From assembly GCA_009914755.4 (NCBI GenBank), contig CP068257.2, positions 17,824,001 through 17,888,000 on the forward strand: a stretch of DNA of 64,000 nucleotides, given 5' to 3'. Below are positions 29,845 to 41,302 of this stretch, in pieces (the first letter of the stretch is position 1; every line of letters begins with the position of its first letter). Position numbers and translations under genes: made by a program. This DNA comes from the human T2T-CHM13v2.0 reference genome, Homo sapiens. The notes under the pieces were generated by a model. It made no database searches, was not told the DNA's origin, and worked only from the letters and a program-made list of their open reading frames with translations.

Positions 29845-31239
29845 CTTACCTTGAGAGGTGACAGCTTGCTGGCAGCGCTCACAGCCCTGGCTCGCTCTGG
29901 GCGCCTCCTCGGCCTTGGCGCCCACTCTGGCTGCGCTTGAGGAGCCCTTCAGCCCGCGGCTGCACTGCGGTAGCCACTTTCTGGGCTGGCCAAGGCCGGA
30001 GCCGGCTCCCTCAGCTTGCGGGGAGGTGTGGAGGGAGAGGCGTGGGCGGGAACCGGCGCTTGCCGGCCAGCGCGAGTTCCAGGTGAACGTGGGCTCGGCA
30101 GGCCCGGCACTCGGAGCGGCCGGCCGGGGCAGTGAGGGGCTTAGCACCTGGGCCAGCAGCTGCTGTGCTCGATTTCTCGCCGGGCCTTAGCTGCCTCCCC
30201 GCGGGGCAGGGCTCGGGACCTGCAGCCCGCCATGCCTGAGCCTCCCCCTAACCCGCCGTGGGCTCCTGCGCCGCGTGAGCCTCCCCTACGAGCACCGCCC
30301 CCTGCTCCACGGCGCCCAGTCCCATCGACCGCCCAAGGGCTGAGGAGTGCGGGCGGACCGGGCGGGACTGGCAGGCAGCTCCACCTGCGCCGGTGCGGGA
30401 TCCACTAGGTGAAACCAGCTGGGCTCCTGAGTCTGGTGGGGACTTGGAGAACCTTTATGTCTAGCTAAGGGATTGTGAATACACCAATCGACACTCTGTA
30501 TCTAGCTCAAGGTTTGTAAACACACCAATCAGCACCCTGTGTCTAGCTCAGGGATTGTGAATGCACCAATAGGCACTCTGTATCTAGCTCAAGGTTTGTA
30601 AATACACCAATCGACACTCTGTATCTACCTAATCTAGTGGGGACATGGAGAACTTTTGTGTCTAGCTCAGGGATTGTAAACACACCAATCAGCACCCTGT
30701 CAAAACGGACCAATCAGTTCTCTGTAAAAGAGACCAAGCAGCTCTCTGTAAAATGGACCAATCAGCAGGATGTGGGTGGGGCCAGATAAGAGAATAAAAG
30801 CAGGCTGCCCCAGCCAGCAGTGGCAACGTGCTGGGGTATCCTTCTCCAATGTGGGAGGTTTGTTCTTTTGCTCTTTGCAATAAATCTTGCTGCTGCTCAC
30901 TCTTTGGGTCCACACTGCCTTTATGAGCTGTAGCACTCACTGGGAAGGTCTACAGCTTCACTCCTGCAGCCAGCGAGACCACGAACCCACCGGGAGGAAC
31001 AAACAACTCCAGACGTGCCACCTTAAGAGCTGTAACACTCACCGCGGAGGTCTGCAGCTTCACTTCCTGAGCCAGCGAGACCACGAACCCACCAGAAGGA
31101 AGAAACTCCGAACACATCCGAACATCAGAAGGAACAAACTCCAGACACGCCACCTTTAAGAACTGTAACACTCACTGCCAGGGTCCGCGGCTTCATTCTT
31201 GAAGTCAGTGGGACCAAGAACCCACCAATTCCGGACACA
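29845..31239 (+). mobile_element. HERV9 solo LTR (LTR12 family, probably LTR12C-like), plus orientation
   Basis: The GC/CpG-rich 5' part (about 29850-30420) is followed by diagnostic LTR12 tandem units (tgtctagctcagggattgt(g/a)aa(t/c)acaccaat(c/a)g(a/g)cac(t/c)ctgt), repeated about 5 times. Then caatcagcaggatgtgggtggggccagataagagaataaaagcaggctgcc, aataaatcttgctgctgctcactctttgggtcc, the repeated ctgtaacactcac(c/t)g...cagcttcac...agccagcgagaccacgaacccacc blocks, and an end at ccaattccggacaca. No HERV9 internal sequence follows, so it is a solo LTR. Confidence 0.85.
30446..30700 (+). promoter_or_regulatory. U3 tandem-repeat region of the LTR12 element (about 40-bp units), the known enhancer/promoter portion of HERV9 LTRs
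   Basis: Seen in sequence: about five or six direct repeats of tctagct(c/a)a(g/a)gg(a/t)ttgt(g/a)aa(t/c)(g/a)caccaat(c/a)g(a/g)cac(c/t)ctgt. That LTR12 U3 repeats carry transcription-factor sites and can act as promoters is established knowledge. Activity at this particular locus is not demonstrated. Confidence 0.5.
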
Positions 31240-33740
31240 ACCGAATGGGTCCAATAGTAGAAACTAAATTTTTAAAAAATTGTGGGTGATTTGAAAGTAG
31301 ATTCATAGCTACCATGTAACCTGACAACAGCGATTTTAAACATTGAGTAACAAATAAGAATAACAACAATAAATGGAAAAAAACCCAGAGAGCCTCACAT
31401 GGGGCAAAATCAAATGGTCTGATGTAAGTGTCTTTTGAGACCAGAAGGAGAGAAGAAAGCAATTGGGGAAAAAAAACAGAACTCACAGACCTTTTCCATT
31501 TTAAGTTCACTGTTTACATCTCATCCTGCAGTCCCAAGTAATCACAAGGGAGGCTGCAGACTGGCTAGCCTCTGACGTTAGTAGGACCCAGAGCAAGAAT
31601 ATAAATGTAGGGGCCTACGTTTTATATGGTTACATGTCTAAAATTGATAAACCTAGCCAAAAGATTGTTGAGTAAGATGAGATTTAGCCTCTCACCTTGA
31701 GAATTATACATTACAGGACAGTTCTCCAGATGGCCTTAGTACCAACTCTGTTTACTCCTTTTCTCATTTGTAGTTCTCAAGAATAACCATAGAACATGTG
31801 GAAGTAGTTGGAACAGCCCAGGTTCTGTTCTAGTCTCTCCTGAGAACAGGTTGTCCTACAGTGTTTTAGGCTAGCGTGTCATATTACGCTCAGGGTGCAA
31901 AACCCAGGAAGGGTTGTTTTCCATGATCCCTCATCTGTGGCGCAAATGGGGCCCGTACAGATGACTCCATCTGACCTGAGTAGATTTCCCAAGGCTTGGG
32001 GCACCAGGTCTCAATGAATCCTGGACTTTTCTTGTCCATTGCTATCTATAAGTAATAAACCTACTTTACATAACTTGTTATAGGTGTGTGTGTTCTATCT
32101 CACCAGACACAAACAAACTGGTAACCAGTGCACGGTGAACTTGCTTCACATACGTAAATAACAACATATAAGGACATAACTTGAGACTTCTGTGACTCCT
32201 CAGAATTTTGTCCAGGATCTTGGTAGTGCAGAGAAAGTATACCACCCTCCCACCCTTTTCTAATGGGCATGGGTTCACCCCATTTATTTTCCTACACCTG
32301 TCTCTGTTTTGCATAATAAGGACTCTAAAAAACACCTGTGCAGATACTCCAGCCTCCAACCATATCCTATGTAAAGAGCCAAATCTTGGCACCCCTTTGT
32401 CCTAGGGGCGCACATACTCTCTGTTGGATTGTCCTTAAGAGGACAGCTCCATAAGGCCTGCATAATCTCTGGGGCAGTCATGGGTTGATCTGAATAGGAA
32501 ATTCCAAGATGCTGGGTAGCATGGATGAGACAGCAGATGTGGGCTAAGGACATTCCTTTAGAATCTGTAAAGCCTTTACCCCATAAGGAGCATGGTCAGC
32601 AGTGGCCAGGACTGGGCCTTGAAAATACAGGGCTCAAGCCAGCAGTCTTTCCCCCATTTAAGGGTGCAACAGGATGATGAATTTTTTTGCCTGGGCATTT
32701 TCTCAAAATAAACTTTAAGTTCTGTTACAGTGAGAAAGCAGAAAATTTTAAGAAGTCAGAAGACTACAGTATCTGTGATAGAATTCAGAAACGGTCATTA
32801 TTTCTGTCCTATTTGACACTGCATAATCACTTTTATCAACAGTATATTTTGATTAAATTTTCAACAAGTTTAGAAAAAATTATTTCTATAAAAGATTAAG
32901 GTATTAAACCTCAGACAAGCCCATGCAGTGCCCAAAGTCTCATGCATGCTCTAGTTGTTGGACTCCTAAAATGAGTTACTCCCTTCTTTGTTAATTGTAG
33001 TACATATTAAGTAATTCCATATATGAAATGTGAAAATCAAAAGCAAATAATGAATGTGAAGAATATAAAAGCTTATTATTTGGCCTTCATCAACACAGTT
33101 TCATGCATTTAGCAAGCACTAAGTAGATATTTAGTAAACAACTGGATTTTGGTATTATATTGAATGAAAATAGGAATCAGAATGATTCTAAAGTATGACT
33201 AGAATCTCCATGCTTTGGGTCTTTTTTATTATAAAATTTTTATATGATAAAATTCAGGAGATACTGTTAGAGATTTTAAGAGTAAATGTGAGTAATAACA
33301 ACAAAGATATTTTCTGAATGGAATCTTGTGTCTTTGCCACTCTACATTTGATTTATTTGTATGAGTTAGTCACTGATGGTTCTCAAATTAAAAATATTGT
33401 TATATTTTCCAAAATTTTATAAGGAATAAATATACCTAATTATACAGAATTTAATTGTCTTTTCTGAGATTACACAGAAAGTGAGTTTTAGAACTGTAAT
33501 TAGAATCTTTAACGTGTTTTGGTCCATTTGTACTGTGGGCCAAAGTATCTTGCAAGTTTAAAGATTTAGATAGGTCAGTGTTAATGAGAGGAAAATAAGG
33601 TTGTTATCAATAAGGTTGATAATAAAACGATAATAGGAAAATAAGGTAGGCTGGAGAGCGGAGCAGTCCAGATAATCACAAACTTTAAAAAAATAGAAGA
33701 CAGCTCCAAATAGCATGTATAGTCTAAAAGATTTAGCTAT

Positions 33741-33777
33741 GATTGTACCATTGCACTACAGCCTGGGCAACAAAGGG
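33741..33777 (+). mobile_element. Isolated Alu 3'-end fragment (gattgtaccattgcactacagcctgggcaacaaag), apparently split from its terminal gtgagactctgtctgaaaaaa (33893-33927) by intervening sequence
   Basis: Alu right-arm terminal sequence without the rest of the Alu. The matching terminal segment plus an A-rich/(AAAG)n tail reappears about 115 bp downstream. Confidence 0.5.
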
Positions 33778-34226
33778 CATATTCATACAAACGGAACAAT
33801 GTTATTTTATCAAGGTATTAGATTATCATCCAAAACACATATGGTTGAAGTATCAACTCTGGTAAGGATGCTATGGGCCAGAGAATACAAAGTAAGTGAG
33901 ACTCTGTCTGAAAAAAAAAAAAAAAAAGAAAGAAAGAAAAAGAAAGGCAATAACACAAACAAAAATGCCCTATGGTCATAAGTCCTTAGGACAGAGGGAG
34001 AATATCAGTCAAGTAAAATTTCCAAAACGTCATCACAGAAACACACACATTCACCATCCTCGCCCAGCACACACTCCACATTGTCTACAATTAGTCCGTT
34101 ACTGCATTTGGGTCTGTATTCTCTGACCCATAGCATCCTTAACAGAGTTGATACTTCAACCATATGTGCTTTGGATGATAATCTAATACCTTGACAAAAT
34201 AACGTTGTTACCCTTGTGTGAATATA
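33778..34226. repeat. Inverted repeat pair (arms about 110 bp, 33778-33888 and 34117-34226) flanking an about 230-bp A-rich/(AAAG)n and CA-rich core
   Basis: Reverse complement of attcatacaaacggaacaatgttattttatcaaggtattagattatcatccaaaacacatatggttgaagtatcaactctggtaaggatgctatgggccagagaatac matches gtattctctgacccatagcatccttaacagagttgatacttcaaccatatgtgctttggatgataatctaataccttgacaaaataacgttgttacccttgtgtgaat at about 90% identity. Confidence 0.8.
33905..33950. repeat. Poly-A / (AAAG)n tract
   Basis: gaaaaaaaaaaaaaaaaagaaagaaagaaaaagaaagg. Confidence 0.9.
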
Positions 34227-34876
34227 GCAAATTTGGAAAATTTCAAATAAGTCATATCCATGGTCTTATATATTTGTGCAAATTTAGATATTGTGAATAA
34301 CTTTTCTTAAAGTGTTTGTAAAATTTACCAAAATGTAAGATTAGGCATGCTTGCATTTTCAATTATATTAATTGTTTTTCAGTTTGTGATTTTAAGTTGA
34401 AAGACATGTCAGTTTGTAGAATTACTATGTTATCATGATAAAGAGAACATACCATTTACTAAGTGGGTAAGTTTAGAAGATTTTGTTAAATTAATTTTTT
34501 GAGCGCTTAACAAGAATTTGTATATTCCTTAGTTTACCTGACACTGGAAGCCTTAAGAATATTAAATTCATTAAATTTTAAAATCTAATTTAAATTACTT
34601 AAGAAAATATATTATTTATGTTTATTCATAATTTATTTTCTTAACTTTGGGTTGATCCTTGAAATGACTAACTTCTAAAGCCAAGAAGGATTCGCTTTTT
34701 TCTCTTGAAGTTGTTAGTTTAATAAGCAAATATTATTGTAAATACCCAAGTAAGGACATGAAGTTTCTTTTTGAGATGATGAAATGTTCTAAAATGGATC
34801 ATGACAATAGTTGCCCGTATCTGAAAATATACCTGAAAACATTGAATTGTACTTTTTAAGTGGGTGAATTGTATGG

Positions 34877-35413
34877 CAGGGGTCCCCAACCCCTGGGCTA
34901 TGAACTAATGTCAATTCATGGCCTGTTAGGAACCAGGCCGCACAGCAGGAGGTGAGCCACAGCAAATGAATGAAGCTTCATCTGTATTTACAGCCACTCC
35001 TTATTGCTCTCATTACCGCTTGAGTTCCACCTCCTGTTAAATCGGTGGTGGCATTAGATTCTCACAGGAGTGCAAATTTTATTGTGAACTGCACATGTGA
35101 GAGATCTAGGTGACACACTCCTTATAGTAATCTAATGCCTGATTATTAGCCACCGTCTCCTATTACCCACAGATGGGAAAACTCTGCAGGGAACAATTTG
35201 CAGGAAAACAAGCTCAGGGCTCCCATTGATTCTACATGATGGTGAATTGTATAATTATTTCATTATATATTACAATGTAATAATAATAGAAATAAAGTAC
35301 ACGATAAATGTAACGTGTTTACATTATCCCCAAACCATCCCTCCATCCCTAATCCATGGAAAAATCGTCTTCCATGAAACCAGTCCCTGGTGCCAAAAAG
35401 GTTGGGGACTGCT
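34877..35413. mobile_element. Nonautonomous DNA transposon, hAT-like by termini and TSD (about 537 bp), with 9-bp target-site duplication attgtatgg
   Basis: Termini cagGGGTCCCCAACC... and ...GGTTGGGGACtgct are inverted with respect to each other (CAGNG-type hAT-like terminal inverted repeat). A second internal inverted pair is present (attagattctcacaggagtgcaaat / ctccttatagtaatctaatgcc). The flanks attgtatgg|element|attgtatgg are identical on both sides. I recognise this as a common primate palindromic element but cannot name its exact family. Confidence 0.65.
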
Positions 35414-37375
35414 ATTGTATGGCATATAAATTGAATCTCACTGAGGTTGTTTTAAAAAGTAAGTTGATATAGCCTTCTTAGCTCAAGACTCATCCCTCAG
35501 TAATGATTTAAATGCTACCTTATACATATTATTATTTCTTAAAATAAATTTTAAAATAGTTAAAGTGCCCAATTAAAAAAATTTTGATTCAAAATTATAA
35601 ATGCTTTTATAAATTGTTATAGCAATTTATACACTTATCTTCAGTGTATTTTTAGTTCTTATCATATCCAGCTACGCAAAAGATTATAATCATTAAAGAG
35701 CAAAAATTTTACAAAAAATCTGTGATAGTTTTTTTGTTCAAGATTCAATATCTCAATACACTGGTTTTTAATATAAATGTACTTGAGAATCAGTGAGGAT
35801 GACATTTTAAAAAATGCATGTTCTGTATCAGTCTAGGTCTAATCAAGAAAGAGAAACCACTTAGTTAAGGGAAAATCTAAAGAAGAATTATTAACTATAA
35901 CAGGAAATTAGAGTAATGAGGGTTTGACTAGTATGGAGTAAATATTAATTTAAGGAATGTAGGCATAGTAGATATAAAAAGAGCCATTACCACTTGGGCT
36001 GAGATAGAGAACCCAAGGAAGAATTTCCACCCCCTACTACCAACCCAAGGCTGAGATCTAGACTTTTGTGGAGGGGGCACGGTCATGGCAAGGAAGTTGT
36101 TATAGTGTTGTGCTGATGAAACTGGCTGGAAATTCACTATCTAGGATGCCAGGGACAGCTATTCCCTGACAATTATCTTGCTGGGAGCACTCTGCTAGAA
36201 ATCATCTGCCCTGAGGAAGTGCTGGGGAAAGCTGTTGGCCACTGAAAGTTGCTGGCCACAGTGAACTGCAGAAATTAGGTACTAGAAAATTTGGAAGTGC
36301 TGTGGGAGCTGTGGCCTTGGATGCCCTGTGCACCGCAAAAGCAGTTACACCAGGACCAAGCAGCAAAAGTTTTCTCCTACAATATTTCTCCACCATCTTT
36401 TACTGGCAAAGCTTTAATGGAAGCTGGCAAGGAAAAACAGTGAAAGGGGCACAGATCCTTTTACAAAGAGCCGGCAGAAGGGTGAAATTGGAGTTGAGAA
36501 GCACTAAATTGACTAGAAGAACAATATTTTTAAATATTTTTACGTTAAGAATTGTCCACTCCTTTACATTTAAAATGTTTCTATCAGAAATTGAGTTTTA
36601 ATATGGATTTTAAGATACTTTGACTGTCATAAGTGTTGATAATGAGTGACATTTGTAAGTTGACTTTTTGTTTGAGGTATATTTTTGTTTATCTCAGATC
36701 TTAATGTTTCTTTAAGAAATTTATTCATGTCTTGGTGTATGACATTAAACAATTTCACCAGTTTAGAAGGTTCATATTTTTGTCTCTGTTTATTTTTATG
36801 ATATTGTGTTTTTTTATACTTACTACTTTTAATCCCCTGGAAATGATTGTATCGTATGGCCTGGGGACATTCTAGTATTAATATTTATTGAGGCCTCAAG
36901 CCCAGTTGTGTCGATGTGGGCTGTAATGTCTCTTGTTTTAGCTTTCCCCCAGGAAGAGCAATCCATCCAGCAGTCCTTGAGGAGTGGTTCCTGGAGTCAT
37001 ACAAACAATTAGACCTAAGGCGAAAATAGTGAACAGAAGACCTTGTGATGTGTAGTAAACTTTTCACTGCAACTATGCAGAATTTTCTGCCAGAGCTGCT
37101 GAAGCACTGCCCCAAAGTGTTGTCAGCTGTTGGCCTTCTTCTGAAATTGTCTCAACAGTAGAGAGCCAGCTTGCCCAAGGTGATGTTTCCTTCCCAGAGA
37201 TGTCTGTATGCAAAGATGGTTTCTAGTGGTGAGTGAGATTGGTGTAAAGTGAGACTCCTGACTAAAATGTTAGACAATACTGAAGGGCCATGCTGTCTTC
37301 CAAAATCCCCATGTGGATGTTGGAGTCCATCACTTAGCATGTATCGTGGTTCAACTTCTCCCTTTGCCCAATGTA

Positions 37376-37830
37376 TTAGTCTGTTCTCTCGCTGCTATAA
37401 GGAAATACTTGAGACTGGGTATTTTATTTAAAAAAATGTTTTAATTGGTTTTGCAGGCTGTACAGGAAGCATTATGCTGGCATCTTCTCAACTTCTGGGG
37501 AGCCCTCAGAAAACTTAACAATTATAGCAGAAGGCAAAGGGGGAGCCGGCACTTCACATGGCTGGCAAAGGAGAAAGAGAGAGGGGGGAAGGTGCCACAC
37601 ACTTTTAAACAACCAGATTCCCTGAGAACTCACTATTGCAATGACAGCACCAAGGCGGGTGGTGTTAAACCATGAGAAACTGCCCCCATGATTCAATCAC
37701 CTCTCCCAATTCCCACCTCCAGCACTGGGGATTTCATTTCAACATGAGAGTTGGGTGGTTACACAGATACAAACCATATGACTCAATTGGGTGGTTACAC
37801 AGATACAAACCATATTACTCAATCTTACTT
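37376..37830 (-). mobile_element. MaLR LTR (MST/THE1-like), minus orientation, with a 30-bp internal duplication at its end
   Basis: gtattagtctgttctctcgctgctataaggaaatacttgagactgggtatttt ... cccccatgattcaatcacctctcccaattcccacctcc ... ttgggtggttacacagatacaaaccatatgactcaa ttgggtggttacacagatacaaaccatattactcaa. Confidence 0.7.
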
Positions 37831-37915
37831 TTCACCTATGTTATCCTAAAATACTCGTAAAGTACTTTTGGCACACTAATCTCCCTCTCAGAGTGTGCAC
37901 AAATTTTCACAAATT

Positions 37916-37960
37916 ACACACACACACACACACATATATATATACACATATGTATCTATG
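37916..37960. repeat. (CA)n(TA)n microsatellite
   Basis: cacacacacacacacacatatatatatacacatatgtat. Confidence 0.9.
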
Positions 37961-38340
37961 AAGTTAGCTGAAGACAATAGTAGTTTTTTTAACATTGCAC
38001 TCATTGAGCATTCATCTTAATACCATGCTAATGGTTCAAGTCTTTTCCTCCCATAGGTTTGAAGTGATTACATGATTGCTCTTTAGGGACTCTTAGTTGC
38101 AAGTCACATTATGTAACACAACTCTCCCTACCAACCTTTTTTTAGAAAGATGATTGCATTTAGATTATTATGTATTTATTTTTTATACTAACTTACCATT
38201 TGTTAGTCTATGTCCAAGTTTATATAAATCCACTTATTTTTATTCATATTTGTCAAAGTCTGAGATTTATGTCTCTTTTTCACTCTGGGTTCTATTCCTT
38301 TCCCTATAAGAAGGACCTGTCTCTGTGAAGTTGTGTTTTT

Positions 38341-41268
38341 TATTTTTTTTTTAATTCAAGTACAATGCCTTTATAGACTTTATGGAGCTAATGAATATAA
38401 AAAAAGACCATCAAATACACTTGTTATTAAATGCCAATTGTTTAAAACAAATACTCTATTCCCTCAAATGATGAATGTTTGATAATACATTCAATTAGAG
38501 TATGAGGAGGCAGATACCTTTACAAAATTCTGGGAAACTACAAATCAACTGCTTTTGTAAACGCTGTCATTACAAACATCATCATACACCATTACAAGGC
38601 ACTTTTGGCATTCATAGATTTTTTATCTGATTTCTCTACTTGTTTTTTGACTTCTTGATTGATACATTGTAATAATGATTGTACATATTTATAGGGTAAC
38701 GTTGATATTTTGATACAAACATACATACAAACAACGTGTAATCATCAAATCAAGGTAATAAGGAAATCTATCACCTTAAACCTTTATTTATTTGTGTTGG
38801 AAACATCTTCACTCTTCTAGCTATTTTGAAAAATCATAAATTATTGCTAAATATACTCATCCTAGTATGCTACCAAACACTATTTATTCCTTCTCTCTAA
38901 CTGTATTCATTCCTTCTACTTTTTGTATTCATTAATCAGTCTCTTTTAATTTCCCCTCATTTCCCAGGATCAAGTAATCATTATTCTCTTCTTTACTTCC
39001 ATGATATCATTTTTTTTTCCTTCCACATGCAAGTGAGAACATACAATATTTGTCTTTTTATGCCTGGCTTATTTTACTTAACACTCTGTCCCCCAGTTCC
39101 ATTTATGTTCCTTCTAATGACAATATTTAATTCCTTTTTATGGCTGAATAACATTTATTGTGTGTAAATACCACATTTTCTTTATCAATTTATCCATTGA
39201 TGTATAATTAGATTGATTACATAACTTGGCTATTGTGAATAGTTCTGCAATATACATGGGTATGCAGCTATTTCTTTGATACACAGAATTCTTTTCTTTT
39301 GGGTACATAATCAGTATTAGGATTGTCAGCTTATATGGTAGATCTACTTTTAGTTTTTCGAAGGATCTTCGTACTGTTTTCCATACATTTCGTACTAATT
39401 TACATTCCCACCAGCAGTGTAACATCATTCTTGTTTCTCTGCGTTCTCACTAGCATCTGTAATTTTTTTTGTCTTTTTGATGATAGCCATGTAAATTGGG
39501 TGGAGATAATATCTCATGTGTTTTATTTGCATTTCCTTGATTATTAATGACGTTGAGCAGTTTTCATGTACCTGTTGGTAATTTGTATGTGTTCTTTTTA
39601 AAAATGTTTATTCAGATATTTTTGCCCATTCTTAAATTAGATTATTTTTTTGCTTTTATGCTGTTGAGTTGTTTGAGTTTCTTATATATTTTTGTTATTA
39701 CTCCGTCACATTTTCTTCCATTCTACAGGTTGTGTCTTCACTCTGTTGATTGTTTCCTTTCCTGTGCTGAAGATATTTAGTTCGATGTAATAAACAAAAA
39801 AAAAATTGTCTATTTTTGCTTTTGTTGCCCGTGCTTTTTTAAGTCCCAAACATTATTTGCTCAGACCAATGTCCTGAAACATTCCCCCAAGGTTTACATC
39901 TATTAGTTCCATAGTTTCTGGTCTTACATTTTAGTCTTTAATCTATTTTGATTTAATTTCTGTATAACGTGAGAGATAGGCATCTAGTTTCATTTTTTTT
40001 TTTGTCTATGGATATCGAATTTTTCCGACACAATTTATTAAAGAGACCACCCTTTTTCCAATGAATGTTCCTGATGTTTTTGTCAAAAATCAGTTAGCTG
40101 AAAACATGTGGATTTTTTGAGAGGGTTTAATATTCTGCTTCATTGGTCTATGTTTTTATACCAATACCATGCTGTTCTTGTTACTATAGCTTTGTAGTAT
40201 ATATTTTGACATCAAGAATTGTGATGCCTTCAGCTTCGTTCTGTGTGCTCAGGATGCTTTTTGGCTACCAGGAGTCTTCTGTGACTCCATGTGAATTTTA
40301 GGATTGTTGTTCCTATTTCTGTGAAGAATATAATTGGTATTTTAGTAGAGATTCTATTGAATCTATAGATCACTTTTGATATTACATTCATTTTCACAAT
40401 ATTAATTCAATCCATGAACATGGGATGTGCTTCACTTTTTTTTTTCTGTGACCTATTCTATTTCTATCACTACTGATTTCTAGTTTTCCTTGTAAAGATC
40501 TTTTGTTTCTTTGGTTAATTTTTTATCTAGGCACTTTAGTTAATTTTTTTGGCTACCGTAAATGGGATCACTTTATTGGTTTCTTTTCCTGCTAGTTCAC
40601 CGTTGGCATAGAGAAATGCTACCAATTTTGTATGTTAGTTTCATATCCTGCAACTTTATTGAATGTGTTTATCAGTTTTAAGAGTTCTTTGATGTTGTCT
40701 TTTGTGTTTTTTATATATAATATCAGGTCACCTGCAAACAGGTATAATTTGGCTTTCTCCTCTTCAATTTGCATGCCCTTTATTTCTTTCTCTTGCCTAA
40801 TTGCCCCGTCTTTAACTTCTAGCACTATGTTGAGAAAGAATGGTAAAAGTAAGGCATACTTGTCTGTTACAGTTCTTAGAGGAAAAGCTTTCAGCTTTTC
40901 CCCATTCATTATTATGTCATCTGGGGGCTTGTCATAGATGGCCTGTATCGTGTTAAGGTGTGCTCCTTCTATAGTGAGTTTGTTGAAGTTTCTTTTTTTT
41001 AATAAAGCTACATTGAATTTTATAAATTTATAAATTTTTTGAGTCTATTGAGATGACCACATGGTATCTGCCCTTCATTCTGTGGATCCAGTGTATCACA
41101 TTTATTGTTTTGTGTCTGTTGAACCATTCTTCCATCCCTGTGATAAATCTTATTTGATCATGGTAAATGATCTTTTTAATGTGCTGGATCTTTTTAATGT
41201 GGGTTCGGTTTTCTAACATTTTGTTGAGGATTTTTGCATCTACCTTTATTAGGGATATTGGCCTATAG

Positions 41269-41302
<34 letters not shown>

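Noticed and set aside
29839-30190. Overlapping 102-aa (-) and 110-aa (+) ORFs in a GC-rich segment
   Set aside because: They are inside the CpG-rich U3 of the LTR12. Long ORFs on both strands are expected by chance in GC-rich DNA. The translations are Ala/Pro/Gly/Arg-rich low-complexity.
30446-30700. Regularly spaced about 40-bp direct repeats that superficially resemble a CRISPR array
   Set aside because: They are imperfect, directly adjacent repeats of the LTR12 U3 region. There are no unique spacers of constant length, and the host is a primate genome where CRISPR does not occur.
35928-36600. Possible exon (several ORFs of about 65-100 aa, moderately GC-rich)
   Set aside because: I could not identify splice-site consensus flanking a clean open frame or any recognisable protein motif. 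It is more likely an old degraded repeat. Conservation or RNA-seq data would be needed.
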